In this document: positions 6,602-15,565 of the stretch, one piece after another
How positions within the stretch are numbered: position 1 is the first letter of the stretch
Layout: every line of letters begins with the position of its first letter
Assembly (NCBI GenBank): GCA_030603245.1
Contig: JAUVYE010000004.1
Coordinates: forward strand, 1-54,239
Direction: 5' to 3'
DNA: 54,239 nucleotides
DNA from: a bacterium
GTDB taxonomy: Bacteria; Patescibacteriota; Minisyncoccia; Minisyncoccales; DG-74-3
Translations under genes and position numbers: made by a program
The notes under the pieces: generated by a model
Database searches by the model: none
The model's input: only the letters and a program-made list of their open reading frames with translations
What the model was told of the DNA's origin: nothing

Positions 6602-7734
6602 ACACGAATTGGTTAAAATACATATTTGAATATGGACCATTAGCTTTAGCTATCCCTATATTCGAGTATTTTGGAACATCAGGTTTGATTTTCTTTATAC
6701 TTATAATAGTTATAATTCGTTTATTTGCGATAATACTAGATAAAGATCTTAATGAACGTTGGCGAGCGCGGTTCTACAAAATAATATATAAAATAAACGG
6801 AAGTAGTAATGCAGAGAAAAAATATATAGAAAATAATGCCTGTAGTCGTCTCAATCTTGCACGTCGCAAAATGCCATTCGAGAAAGAATATCTACCTAAG
6901 GCGATAAGAATAGAATGGTTTGGTGATAAAATAGGAAAAACTGCACAAATCAAAGAAAATGAAATTCTCATCCGTCTTGATCCAGCGGAAAGACAAGAAA
7001 AAAATATAGTTTTACTCGCCGATGCTTTAGTTAAAGAAACCTCTCTTATTGGGATTAGACATATTTTAAATGAAGCCTCAGAGGCTTCAATGGATTTAAA
7101 TCTCGTAAAAAGTCTACTTAAGGAAACTGGTGATAGAAAAATTTTGGATTGGTTCTTACGTAACGAATATCAAACAGCTTTAGGAAAAATAAATGGAATC
7201 GGGAAGTGGAACGAAGCGATTGTAGAAATTGATGAAAGGGGTCTATTTACCAGACTATTGCTTGTAGAACTAGAGTGGTTCTCTAAAAGAATTTCAGGCA
7301 GATCTTCTCCAGAATTTTTCAAAGAGGTTATAGGCTTGGTTAAATTCCTCTATAAAATAGCAACTAAGGTTTATAAACAAGATGTACCCTTAGAATATAC
7401 TTCACGAAATATAAAAATCGGCGTCATTCTTGTGGGAAAAACGAGTAAAATTCTTCGTAGAGGAATTGAACCTTTTTTGAAAGCGTTCATGTATCAAATA
7501 CAAAAACAGTTTACTTCGATATATGTTATTGAATTTGATAAAGAATTACTTGGTGTTTCAGACCCAAAAGCACATGAATACTTTATGAATTTAACGAAAA
7601 GCCTAACCAAGGAAATAGAGAAACGATTTGAAATTAAAAAGGACTTCGATCTTTCCTATGACTGCATTGACTCTATGGGTAGAAAAAGGCATGCAAAAAT
7701 TTGCCATTATATTCCTCACTATGCATTTTTTTAA
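6598..7734 (+). CDS. Hypothetical protein with N-terminal TM segment and large soluble domain
   Basis: 378-aa ORF translationally coupled to the upstream Zn protein. Confidence 0.8.
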   Translation: MNTNWLKYIFEYGPLALAIPIFEYFGTSGLIFFILIIVIIRLFAIILDKDLNERWRARFYKIIYKINGSSNAEKKYIENNACSRLNLARRKMPFEKEYLPKAIRIEWFGDKIGKTAQIKENEILIRLDPAERQEKNIVLLADALVKETSLIGIRHILNEASEASMDLNLVKSLLKETGDRKILDWFLRNEYQTALGKINGIGKWNEAIVEIDERGLFTRLLLVELEWFSKRISGRSSPEFFKEVIGLVKFLYKIATKVYKQDVPLEYTSRNIKIGVILVGKTSKILRRGIEPFLKAFMYQIQKQFTSIYVIEFDKELLGVSDPKAHEYFMNLTKSLTKEIEKRFEIKKDFDLSYDCIDSMGRKRHAKICHYIPHYAFF

Positions 7735-7773
7735 TAAAACAGCCTAGCGATGGGCTTTTAACTAATTCAAAAC

Positions 7774-7798
7774 AAAACAGGGTTTTTGACCCTGTTTT
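7774..7798. terminator. Rho-independent terminator-like hairpin
   Basis: aaaacaggg-tttttga-ccctgtttt. Confidence 0.65.
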
Positions 7799-7807
7799 CG
7801 CTTCTGA

Positions 7808-7830
7808 GCTCCGGCAATCGGACTCGAACC
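7808..7830 (-). other. tRNA 3'-end fragment (Asn/Gln type, U1-A72 with G73); att-like site R10 closing the array
   Basis: Minus strand GGTTCGAGTCCGATTGCCGGAGC = T-loop, 3' T-stem, acceptor strand and discriminator; the 5' part of the tRNA is absent. Confidence 0.65.
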
Positions 7831-7855
7831 TCCACCTAATAAGCACTTGATATGT

Positions 7856-8470
7856 TTAATCTAATAGTTTTTCCAATTCAACAATATCAGAAATCAAATA
7901 GTCTGGATTAGCTGCTTCTAACATTTCTTTTGGTTTGTGGCCCCAAGATATTCCTATTGATACTACACCTCCTTTTTTTCCAGCTTTAATATCATGTGAC
8001 ATATCCCCTACGTATATGGTTTCTTCTGGCTGAAAATTATTCCTTTGAAGAATCTCTGTAATCACTTTTGCTTTATCAAGGATATTCCCATTTATTTCCT
8101 GAAAATAATCAAACACTCTATATCTTTTAGCGTCTGCGATTATTTTTTCCTGAGAACCAGAACTCATTATAACCAGTTTAATTCCTTTATCGTACAATCT
8201 TTTAAGCACATCTTTTACCCCTGGATATAATCCTGTGTCACCAGACGCATCAAGACCTTCTCTAAAAAGCTTAAGTATTTGATCTTTAGTACAATCTGGA
8301 AAATGTTTTTTCCAGAAATTCATATAGGGCAGAGAGAATTTCTTTCTATACTCTTTAAAAGACATGGGCTTAACACCCAATTTTTCAAAAACATACATTG
8401 TAGCCTTATAAATTGTTGTCAGGTCATCCATCAGAGTTCCTGACCAATCAAATAGAATATTTTTAATCAT
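7856..8470 (-). CDS. HAD-superfamily hydrolase (phosphoglycolate phosphatase-like)
   Basis: LFDWSGTL motif I; YVGDMSHDI motif IV. Confidence 0.9.
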   Translation of the reverse strand: MIKNILFDWSGTLMDDLTTIYKATMYVFEKLGVKPMSFKEYRKKFSLPYMNFWKKHFPDCTKDQILKLFREGLDASGDTGLYPGVKDVLKRLYDKGIKLVIMSSGSQEKIIADAKRYRVFDYFQEINGNILDKAKVITEILQRNNFQPEETIYVGDMSHDIKAGKKGGVVSIGISWGHKPKEMLEAANPDYLISDIVELEKLLD

Positions 8471-8554
8471 ATAAACTTAGTTTAACAGAAAAAAATTTAA
8501 CAACAAAAAAAGCCGTGTTGGTTTTAAAGACCACACGGGTTGGAACTATGGTGT

Positions 8555-8983
8555 TTACAATGCTTCCTCTTCTCCACCTTTTTCAAGAACCGTAAACTGT
8601 TCTATTAGTTTTAAGATTTCTCTGTACTCTGTGCCTTCAACGCCCTTGAGAGAAGCAATAAATGCTAATTGCTTAAGAATCCTTATTACTGAAGTATATA
8701 TTCCTTGTTCTAAATCAACTATTCCATGCTCATAATGTTCTATTTTCTCTTCCAAAGCAGGAATTTCCCTCTTAAGCCTTTCTAATTTTCTTTTGACACG
8801 TTCTTGCAAAAGAGGTATGAAGGGCTTTTTCCAAAAAGGAACAGAAGATAATTCTGAGCACAATTTTGAGAAAGTTTTTGTTGCTTTCTCGTGCTCCTTT
8901 GTCTTATTTACAAGCTCCTGTTTTAGTTGGTTTAGTTCATTTTTAAAAAGTTGCATTGTTTTTTCTATAAAATCGTCGGTCAC
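8555..8983 (-). CDS. Hypothetical coiled-coil protein
   Basis: 142-aa ORF with GAAGGTG RBS; downstream hairpin near 8513-8538. Confidence 0.6.
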   Translation of the reverse strand: MTDDFIEKTMQLFKNELNQLKQELVNKTKEHEKATKTFSKLCSELSSVPFWKKPFIPLLQERVKRKLERLKREIPALEEKIEHYEHGIVDLEQGIYTSVIRILKQLAFIASLKGVEGTEYREILKLIEQFTVLEKGGEEEAL

Positions 8984-9091
8984 CCATTCACACCTTCTTT
9001 TTTTTAATGAACCTTTAATTTCTTTCTACCACTCAAACATAAAAAAAACAAGCCCCATAGAGCTTGTCTTTAAAATATTTAAAAAAATAAA

Positions 9092-9808
9092 TTATAATCC
9101 GATAAATTCTTTGATTTTACTAACAGGAATAGAAACAACTTTTCCGTCCTTATTAATCTGATTTAAACCTACAATATTAGCATAAATATCAAATAACGGA
9201 CTTCCGGCTAAAGTGTTTTGTTCAAAAATATTAGTTTCAATTAAATTATCATCAAAACTTTTAACAATTCCCTGGTTAACTGTTTTTTTAAGCCCTGCTT
9301 TTTCAAACACTATTCCCATTAAAAAAACTCTTTGGCCTAATTTAATTTTTCCAAAATCAGCAAAACTAAGAGTTGGTAAATTAGATTTTTCAACTTTGAT
9401 TAAGGCTAAGTTTTCTTTGACGTCTCTTTTTAAAATCTGAAAATCAGCCAATTCTTCATCCACAAAAAAACTAAAAACAGAACCTTTCGGAACCAAATCA
9501 TTCAAAGTCACAAAAAGTCCGTCTGAAGTAACAATAAGGCCTGAACCTTGTAAAATAATGCCATCAACCGTCTGAGTTCTAACCCCAACTATTGTGTTTT
9601 CTACTCTCTCAATTGCATCTTGAAGAGCAGTATTTTCAGTAACTGTAATTTCTTTTATTTCAGTCACATAAATTGGGGTTTGTTCTAATCGATATTCAGA
9701 AAAAAGAGGTTTTTCCACAAAATAGGGCCAGAGAATCTGATCAGCAAAAATACCACCCGCTATTCCAAAAATAAAAAGAAAAAGAATTTTATAGATTTTT
9801 TTAAACAT
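9092..9808 (-). CDS. Membrane-anchored trypsin-like (HtrA-type) protease-domain protein, probably inactive
   Basis: GSGLIVTSDG, LALIKVE; lacks the catalytic His and the GNSGG motif. Confidence 0.75.
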   Translation of the reverse strand: MFKKIYKILFLFIFGIAGGIFADQILWPYFVEKPLFSEYRLEQTPIYVTEIKEITVTENTALQDAIERVENTIVGVRTQTVDGIILQGSGLIVTSDGLFVTLNDLVPKGSVFSFFVDEELADFQILKRDVKENLALIKVEKSNLPTLSFADFGKIKLGQRVFLMGIVFEKAGLKKTVNQGIVKSFDDNLIETNIFEQNTLAGSPLFDIYANIVGLNQINKDGKVVSIPVSKIKEFIGL

Positions 9809-9810
9809 AA

Positions 9811-12501
9811 TTATTTTACAGCAACTTTTTTTCTTTTACCCTCAACTAATTTTTTGGGAATCAAGAAAACAATTTTTCCATTGTCTGAATCAATCCTGAC
9901 ATTGCCCCCTTCCACAACTTCACCAACAACAATCTTTAATGACAAAGGATCTAAAACTAATTTCTGAATTATTCTTTTAAGGGGTCTGGCTCCAAAATTA
10001 GGGCTAAAACCTTTTTTAGCTAAAACTTGTTTAGCGTTTTCACTAAATTGAATCTTAATTCCCTTGTTTTTTAAACGAGAAGCTACTTTAGCCAGTTCTA
10101 AATCAACTATTTTCCTGATTTCTTTTTTACCAAGATAATTGAAAATAATAATTTCATCAATCCTGTTCAAAAACTCGGGTCTTAATCTTTCTTTTAAAGC
10201 TTCCATTACTTTTTCTTTTAAAGATGTTTTCTCTTTTTCTTCTTTTTCTCCGAAAAACCCAAGAGAACCCATTTTAGAAATATATTGAGACCCAAGATTA
10301 GAAGTCATAATCAAAATTGAATTCTTAAAAGAAGCAGTCCTGCCCTTAGCATCAGTCAATCTTCCATCTTCTAAAATCTGAAGCAAGATATTAAAAACTT
10401 CAGGATGAGCTTTTTCAACTTCATCCAATAAAATTACACTATAAGGCCTTCTTCTGATTTTATCCGTAAGCTGACCTCCTTCTTCATAACCAACATAACC
10501 AGGAGGAGAACCAATCATTTTAGAAACAGTGTGACGCTCCATATATTCTGACATATCAAGCTGCACCAAAGCATTTTCATCATTAAATAGAAATTCAGCC
10601 AAAGCCCTGGCTGTTTCTGTTTTGCCCACTCCAGTTGGTCCTAAAAACAGAAAAGAGCCCAAAGGTCTGTTTTCTTCTGAAATCCCAGCTCTTGAGCGCC
10701 GAATAGCATTGGAAACTGCTGAAATTGCTTCTTCTTGACCAATAACTCGATGAGAAATAATCTCTTCCATTCTCTTTAATTTTTGAGCTTCTTTTTCTAA
10801 AAGCTGGGTGGCTGGAATTCCGGTCCATTGAGAAATAATCTTAGCTATGTCTTCAGTCTCAATCTCTTCTTTCAAAAGAGGATGGTTTTTTTGAAGCCGA
10901 GCTAATTTTCTTTCAGTTTTCCTTAAATCTTTTTGAAGCTGAGGAATTTTTCCATATTTTATCTCAGCTACTTTTTCAAGATCAGCTTGAGCTGTTCCTC
11001 TTTCTGCTTCTAAACGAGCCGAATCAATTTCTTGTTTAAGCTTTTTAATATTGGTAATAGTTTCTCTTTCAAGCTTCCATTTAGCTTCAATGTTTTTAGC
11101 TTTTTCTTTTAAGTCAGCTAATTGCCGAACAATAACTTTTTGTTTTAATTCAGATTTTTTCTCTTTTTTAATGGCTTGTTTTTCAATTTCTAATTTACGA
11201 ATTTGCTTTTTTAGTTCCTCCAAAGCAACTGGTTCTGATTCAATATCCAATCTCAAAGAACTCATTGCCTCGTCCATTAAATCAACTGCTTTGTCTGGCA
11301 AAAATCTATCAGTAATATAACGGGCAGCTAATTGAGCGCAAGCTAATATGGCTGAATCAGTAATTCTAACTCCATGATGAACTTCATATTTTTCCTTAAT
11401 ACCCCTTAAAATAGCAACCGTATCATCAATAGTGGACTCAGCAACATAAATTGGCTGGAATCTTCTTTCTAAGGCAGGGTCTTTTTCAATATATTTTTGA
11501 TATTCTTTTAAAGTAGTAGCTCCAATTGCCTTTAATTCTCCGCGAGACAAAGCAGGCTTTAAAAGATTAGAAGCATCAATAGCTCCCTCAGCTGCTCCAG
11601 CCCCAACTAAAGTATGTAATTCATCAATAAATAAAACATACTTGCCCTCAGCTTTCTCAACCTCTTTTAACAGAGCTTTAACTCTGTTTTCAAACTCTCC
11701 TCTATATTTAGTGCCAGCCACCAAAGCTCCTAAATCCAAAGCAATAATTTCCTTTTCTTTTAAGCTTTCAGGAACTTCATGGTGAATAATTCTTTGAGCC
11801 AAACCCTCAACAATAGCTGTTTTTCCAACCCCGGCTTCTCCAATTAAAACTGGATTATTTTTGGTTCTACGAGAAAGAACCTGCATTAATCTTCTGATTT
11901 CATTTTCTCTGCCAATAACTGGGTCTAATTTACCTTGCTTGGCTAAAGAGGTTAAATTGCGGGCATATTTTTCAATAACCTGATATTTTGATTCAGGATT
12001 AGGGTCAGTAATTTTTTCTCCTCCCCTAATTTCATTAAAAATTTCTAAAGCAGTGTCATAATTCAAAGATTTTTTTTCCAAAAGAGCTCCTTTTGATTCT
12101 AAGAAATTAGCTTTTTCCAAAACTTCTTTGGCTTTAGTAGGACTGTCTAAAAGAGCTAAAAACAGATGTTCGACTGAAATATACTGATCACCCATTTTAA
12201 TTGATTCCTGGCGAGCTCTTTCCAAAACCTTAGCCATATCTTGAGTTAAATAAACCTGACCAAAAGATTGAGGACTAATAATAGGTGAGATTCCTTCTAA
12301 AGATTTTTTGGTTTTATTCTTCAAATCATCAATATTTACGTTCAGCTTTAAAAGCAAACTTAAAACAATGCTCTCCCCTTGTAAGAGCAAAGAGTATAAA
12401 AGGTGCAAAGCATCAATCTGTTGCTGTCCTTTTTTACGAGCAATTGATTGAGCTTTTAAAATTGCCTCTTGAGCTTTTTGAGTAAAATTACCTCCAATCA
12501 T
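9811..12501 (-). CDS. clpB: ATP-dependent chaperone ClpB
   Basis: Clp-N domain; two Walker A motifs ([16 protein letters not shown]); long middle coiled-coil. Confidence 0.93.
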   Translation of the reverse strand: MIGGNFTQKAQEAILKAQSIARKKGQQQIDALHLLYSLLLQGESIVLSLLLKLNVNIDDLKNKTKKSLEGISPIISPQSFGQVYLTQDMAKVLERARQESIKMGDQYISVEHLFLALLDSPTKAKEVLEKANFLESKGALLEKKSLNYDTALEIFNEIRGGEKITDPNPESKYQVIEKYARNLTSLAKQGKLDPVIGRENEIRRLMQVLSRRTKNNPVLIGEAGVGKTAIVEGLAQRIIHHEVPESLKEKEIIALDLGALVAGTKYRGEFENRVKALLKEVEKAEGKYVLFIDELHTLVGAGAAEGAIDASNLLKPALSRGELKAIGATTLKEYQKYIEKDPALERRFQPIYVAESTIDDTVAILRGIKEKYEVHHGVRITDSAILACAQLAARYITDRFLPDKAVDLMDEAMSSLRLDIESEPVALEELKKQIRKLEIEKQAIKKEKKSELKQKVIVRQLADLKEKAKNIEAKWKLERETITNIKKLKQEIDSARLEAERGTAQADLEKVAEIKYGKIPQLQKDLRKTERKLARLQKNHPLLKEEIETEDIAKIISQWTGIPATQLLEKEAQKLKRMEEIISHRVIGQEEAISAVSNAIRRSRAGISEENRPLGSFLFLGPTGVGKTETARALAEFLFNDENALVQLDMSEYMERHTVSKMIGSPPGYVGYEEGGQLTDKIRRRPYSVILLDEVEKAHPEVFNILLQILEDGRLTDAKGRTASFKNSILIMTSNLGSQYISKMGSLGFFGEKEEKEKTSLKEKVMEALKERLRPEFLNRIDEIIIFNYLGKKEIRKIVDLELAKVASRLKNKGIKIQFSENAKQVLAKKGFSPNFGARPLKRIIQKLVLDPLSLKIVVGEVVEGGNVRIDSDNGKIVFLIPKKLVEGKRKKVAVK

Positions 12502-12541
12502 AGCGTTTTTATTTTACAATAAATTATCAAGAAATCAATAC

Positions 12542-13849
12542 TTATTCATTCCTTTCATCAAGAGTAACTGTAAAGAATTTTTCTTCTCCCTCTCTTAAAA
12601 CCTTTAAAATAATCTTATCTCCAGGATTATATTTTCTAATAATATCAGCCAAGGAATTATCAGTTGTAATTCTTTGACCATCAAATTCTAAAACAATATC
12701 CCCTTGCCTTAATCCAATGGTTTCAGCCGGAGATCCAGGAGTAATAGCTGTTCTCCCTGAACTTGTATCTGAAGTAATATAAGCTCCATAATTTACTGGC
12801 AAATTATTATCCTCTTGGATTTTTTCATTAAGAACAACATATCTTATGCCTAAAAAAGGATAAACAATTTTGCCAAAATCTTGAACCTGTTTAATGTCTT
12901 TTTTGGCCTTGTTAATAGGAATAGTAAAACCAATATTTTCTCCTTCTAAAGAAACAGCAGTATTAATGCCAATTACTTCTCCTTTTAGGTTTAAGAGTGG
13001 TCCTCCTGAATTACCTTTATTAATAGCTGCATCTGTTTGAATAACATCTTCCAAGGTTTCAACCATTCCTCCGCCAGAAGCAGTAATTGTTCTGCCTAAA
13101 CCAGAAATCACGCCTACTGAAACAGTATTCTGAAATTCTCCCAAAGCATTACCAATCGCAATCACACTCTGACCTATTTGTAATTTGTCTGAATCTCCGA
13201 GCTTAACTATTGAAAAAGAGTTTGAATCTTCAATTTTAAGAATAGCTAAATCCTGAAATGGGTCTTTAGCCAAAACACGGGCTGGGTATTGCTTACCATC
13301 ATTAGTCAAAACCGTATAGTCAGCTTCCTGGTCTAAAACTACATGTTTATTGGTTAATATCATCCCATCTTCAGAAACAATAAATCCTGTTCCGCCTCCA
13401 ATCTCTCTTTTTTCAATCCCTTTTTGGCGATATTCGGGAATTGAAAAAGGATCGCGGAAATATTGTTCAATAATGGGCAAGTCCTTAGTAATAATAATAT
13501 TAACTACTGCTGGAGAAACATGTTTAACCACTGCAATAATTGTTTGCTCCTGATTTGTTTGAGGAATATATTCTTTTTCAATAATTGTTTCTTTTTCAAC
13601 TATTGTGCTGACAAAAGGTAAATCAATATTTAACTTGGTAAGAATGTCTTTTACTTCAAAATAGAAAATGCTTCCAGAAACAGCTCCAGCTAAAAACCCA
13701 AAAACAGAAGACAGAATAACTGAACAAAAAATCATTAAAGAAATTTGGCTTTTCCAAATCTTGGACAGCTTAATCTTGGGCCGCCAACTAATAGTCTTTT
13801 TGGTTTTGTCTTGTTGGAATGAAGTTGAAGGTAAATTATAGTCTATCAT
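12542..13849 (-). CDS. htrA: HtrA/DegP-family serine protease with PDZ domain
   Basis: TNKHV, DLAILKI, QTDAAINKGNSGGPL; C-terminal PDZ. Confidence 0.92.
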   Translation of the reverse strand: MIDYNLPSTSFQQDKTKKTISWRPKIKLSKIWKSQISLMIFCSVILSSVFGFLAGAVSGSIFYFEVKDILTKLNIDLPFVSTIVEKETIIEKEYIPQTNQEQTIIAVVKHVSPAVVNIIITKDLPIIEQYFRDPFSIPEYRQKGIEKREIGGGTGFIVSEDGMILTNKHVVLDQEADYTVLTNDGKQYPARVLAKDPFQDLAILKIEDSNSFSIVKLGDSDKLQIGQSVIAIGNALGEFQNTVSVGVISGLGRTITASGGGMVETLEDVIQTDAAINKGNSGGPLLNLKGEVIGINTAVSLEGENIGFTIPINKAKKDIKQVQDFGKIVYPFLGIRYVVLNEKIQEDNNLPVNYGAYITSDTSSGRTAITPGSPAETIGLRQGDIVLEFDGQRITTDNSLADIIRKYNPGDKIILKVLREGEEKFFTVTLDERNE

Positions 13850-13864
13850 ATGAGCTATTTTATC

Positions 13865-14575
13865 TTATTTTTTCTTTTTCTTAAAGGAATAACCAAATCG
13901 ATATTTAAAAATATCTGTTTTAATGTCACCTAAAAAAAATAAATAAATACCAGCTAAAATATATTTTAAATAAGCCCTTAATTTTCCATCCCTTTCAAAC
14001 CTTCTTGAAGAAGTCAAAACTGGTTTGGTTTTGATAAATCCAAATTTTCCAAAGCGAGCTGCTTTTCTTGCATAAGAGTGGTCTTCAGCCAATTTTATTT
14101 CTTCATCATACCCATTAATTTTTTGATGGAGCTTTTTTCTAATTAAAATAGAATTAAAAGCATGGGGCAAAAAGTTTTGGGTTATATTTACCCAAAAATT
14201 ATAGATTCCATAAAGCAGTTTATCTAATTTATTGCCTTCCATGTAAATTGGAAAAGAAGCGCAATCTAAATTTCTTTTCTCAAATTGTTGAATTAATTGT
14301 TTTAAAAAATCCTGTGGTAAGAAAATATTGTCAGCATCCATAAACAAAAAAATATCTCCTTGAGCTGCTTTTGCTCCTTCATTTCTTCCTTTAGCAGGCA
14401 AACCGCCTTTAACTGTTTTACAACCAAAACTTTTAGCAATTTCTACTGTTCTATCCCTTGAATCAGCATCAGCCACAATTATTTCAAAATCCCTAAAGCT
14501 TTGCTTTTTGATTTGTTTAAGTAATAGAGGAAGGTACTCTTCCTCATTAAAAGTTGGAATGATTATTGAAAGCAT
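13865..14575 (-). CDS. Glycosyltransferase family 2
   Basis: SIIIPTFNEE, DADS.D.T, FMDAD, AED motifs. Confidence 0.9.
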   Translation of the reverse strand: MLSIIIPTFNEEEYLPLLLKQIKKQSFRDFEIIVADADSRDRTVEIAKSFGCKTVKGGLPAKGRNEGAKAAQGDIFLFMDADNIFLPQDFLKQLIQQFEKRNLDCASFPIYMEGNKLDKLLYGIYNFWVNITQNFLPHAFNSILIRKKLHQKINGYDEEIKLAEDHSYARKAARFGKFGFIKTKPVLTSSRRFERDGKLRAYLKYILAGIYLFFLGDIKTDIFKYRFGYSFKKKKK

Positions 14576-14578
14576 GAT

Positions 14579-15565
14579 TTAAAATATTTTCTTGGCCTCA
14601 TCCCAGATTGCAGGCCTGTTTTGTTTCTCTTTCATCCAATACCACCATTCAGAACCCCAGAAATAAAACTCTTTTAATCCAGTCTTCTTAGCAAATTCAA
14701 TATTTGTTTTAAATTGTTCTAAATTCATTGTTTTTTCTTGCTCTTCCATTGGTGAATCGTAAAGCAACTTAGGCCCCCAGGGTTCAGCTTGCAATTCCAC
14801 ACAAATTACCTCTTTATCAAACAGTTTATTAATAATCTGAGCTTTTCTTGCATAAAAAATTGGAGGGAAAGGATAGTGAATATAGAATCCTAACTGATGA
14901 AACCAGGCCTTTTTATACATTGTTGTGCCAACTATATCTCCAAAAATAGCTGCCTGAATCCAAAAAGACCCTTCGCCAGAATCAGAAATTAAAACTCTGT
15001 CTTTTTTGTCTAAAGATTTAACTAAATCTATTTCTTTTTTCAAAAAACCTTTGTCAACCCATTGGCAATCTCCAAAAGGGAAAAACGGTTCATTTTCTAC
15101 TTGCCAATACTTAATGACTGGAGAATCTTTATACCTTAAAACAATATTCTCGAGCATTTTTAAAATTTCTTCTTGCTGCTCTTGTTTGCTTTTACTTTTA
15201 GCCCATTCTGGAACATGGCATTCTGGCCAGCGTGGAGTTTTCATTCCTATGGCTAAAACAAGCTTGACTCCTTTTTCCTCTGCTTTTTCTATTTGCCAGT
15301 CTAAATCCTGAAAATTAAATTGGTTTTCCTGAGGTTCAATTAAATCCCAATGAGCAGCTAATTTGATGTTCTTAACATTCAAATCATCAAGTAGAGCTAA
15401 ATAGTTCTCTTTCCAATCCAAGCCCAATGATTGAGAATGTTTTTGAGAAAAATTAACTCCCCAAGCAATTTTATCTGCTTGAGGAACACTTCCAATAAAA
15501 AACAAACTAAAAAACAGTATAAGTAAAAACAATAACCCAAACATAATTTTTTTTAGGTTTTTCAC
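14579..15565 (-). CDS. Membrane-anchored clan GH-A glycoside hydrolase-like protein
   Basis: WDLIEP, WQVENEP (acid/base), ELQAEPW (nucleophile-like). Confidence 0.75.
   Translation of the reverse strand: MKNLKKIMFGLLFLLILFFSLFFIGSVPQADKIAWGVNFSQKHSQSLGLDWKENYLALLDDLNVKNIKLAAHWDLIEPQENQFNFQDLDWQIEKAEEKGVKLVLAIGMKTPRWPECHVPEWAKSKSKQEQQEEILKMLENIVLRYKDSPVIKYWQVENEPFFPFGDCQWVDKGFLKKEIDLVKSLDKKDRVLISDSGEGSFWIQAAIFGDIVGTTMYKKAWFHQLGFYIHYPFPPIFYARKAQIINKLFDKEVICVELQAEPWGPKLLYDSPMEEQEKTMNLEQFKTNIEFAKKTGLKEFYFWGSEWWYWMKEKQNRPAIWDEAKKIF

Larger units (their letters stand above)
1..7830. mobile_element. Putative site-specific gene-cassette array (nine cassettes delimited by direct-repeat att-like sites; probably continues left of the window)
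   Basis: Ten related sites in the same orientation at 171, 1245, 1611, 2011, 2565, 4104, 4583, 5448, 6209 and 7808 separate unrelated small genes; housekeeping genes begin right of 7830. Confidence 0.75.

Noticed and set aside
7808-7885. Intact or intron-containing tRNA
   Set aside because: The 5' T-stem strand does not pair, no anticodon or D arm can be folded, the region runs into the HAD gene stop, and I found no matching 5' half in the window.
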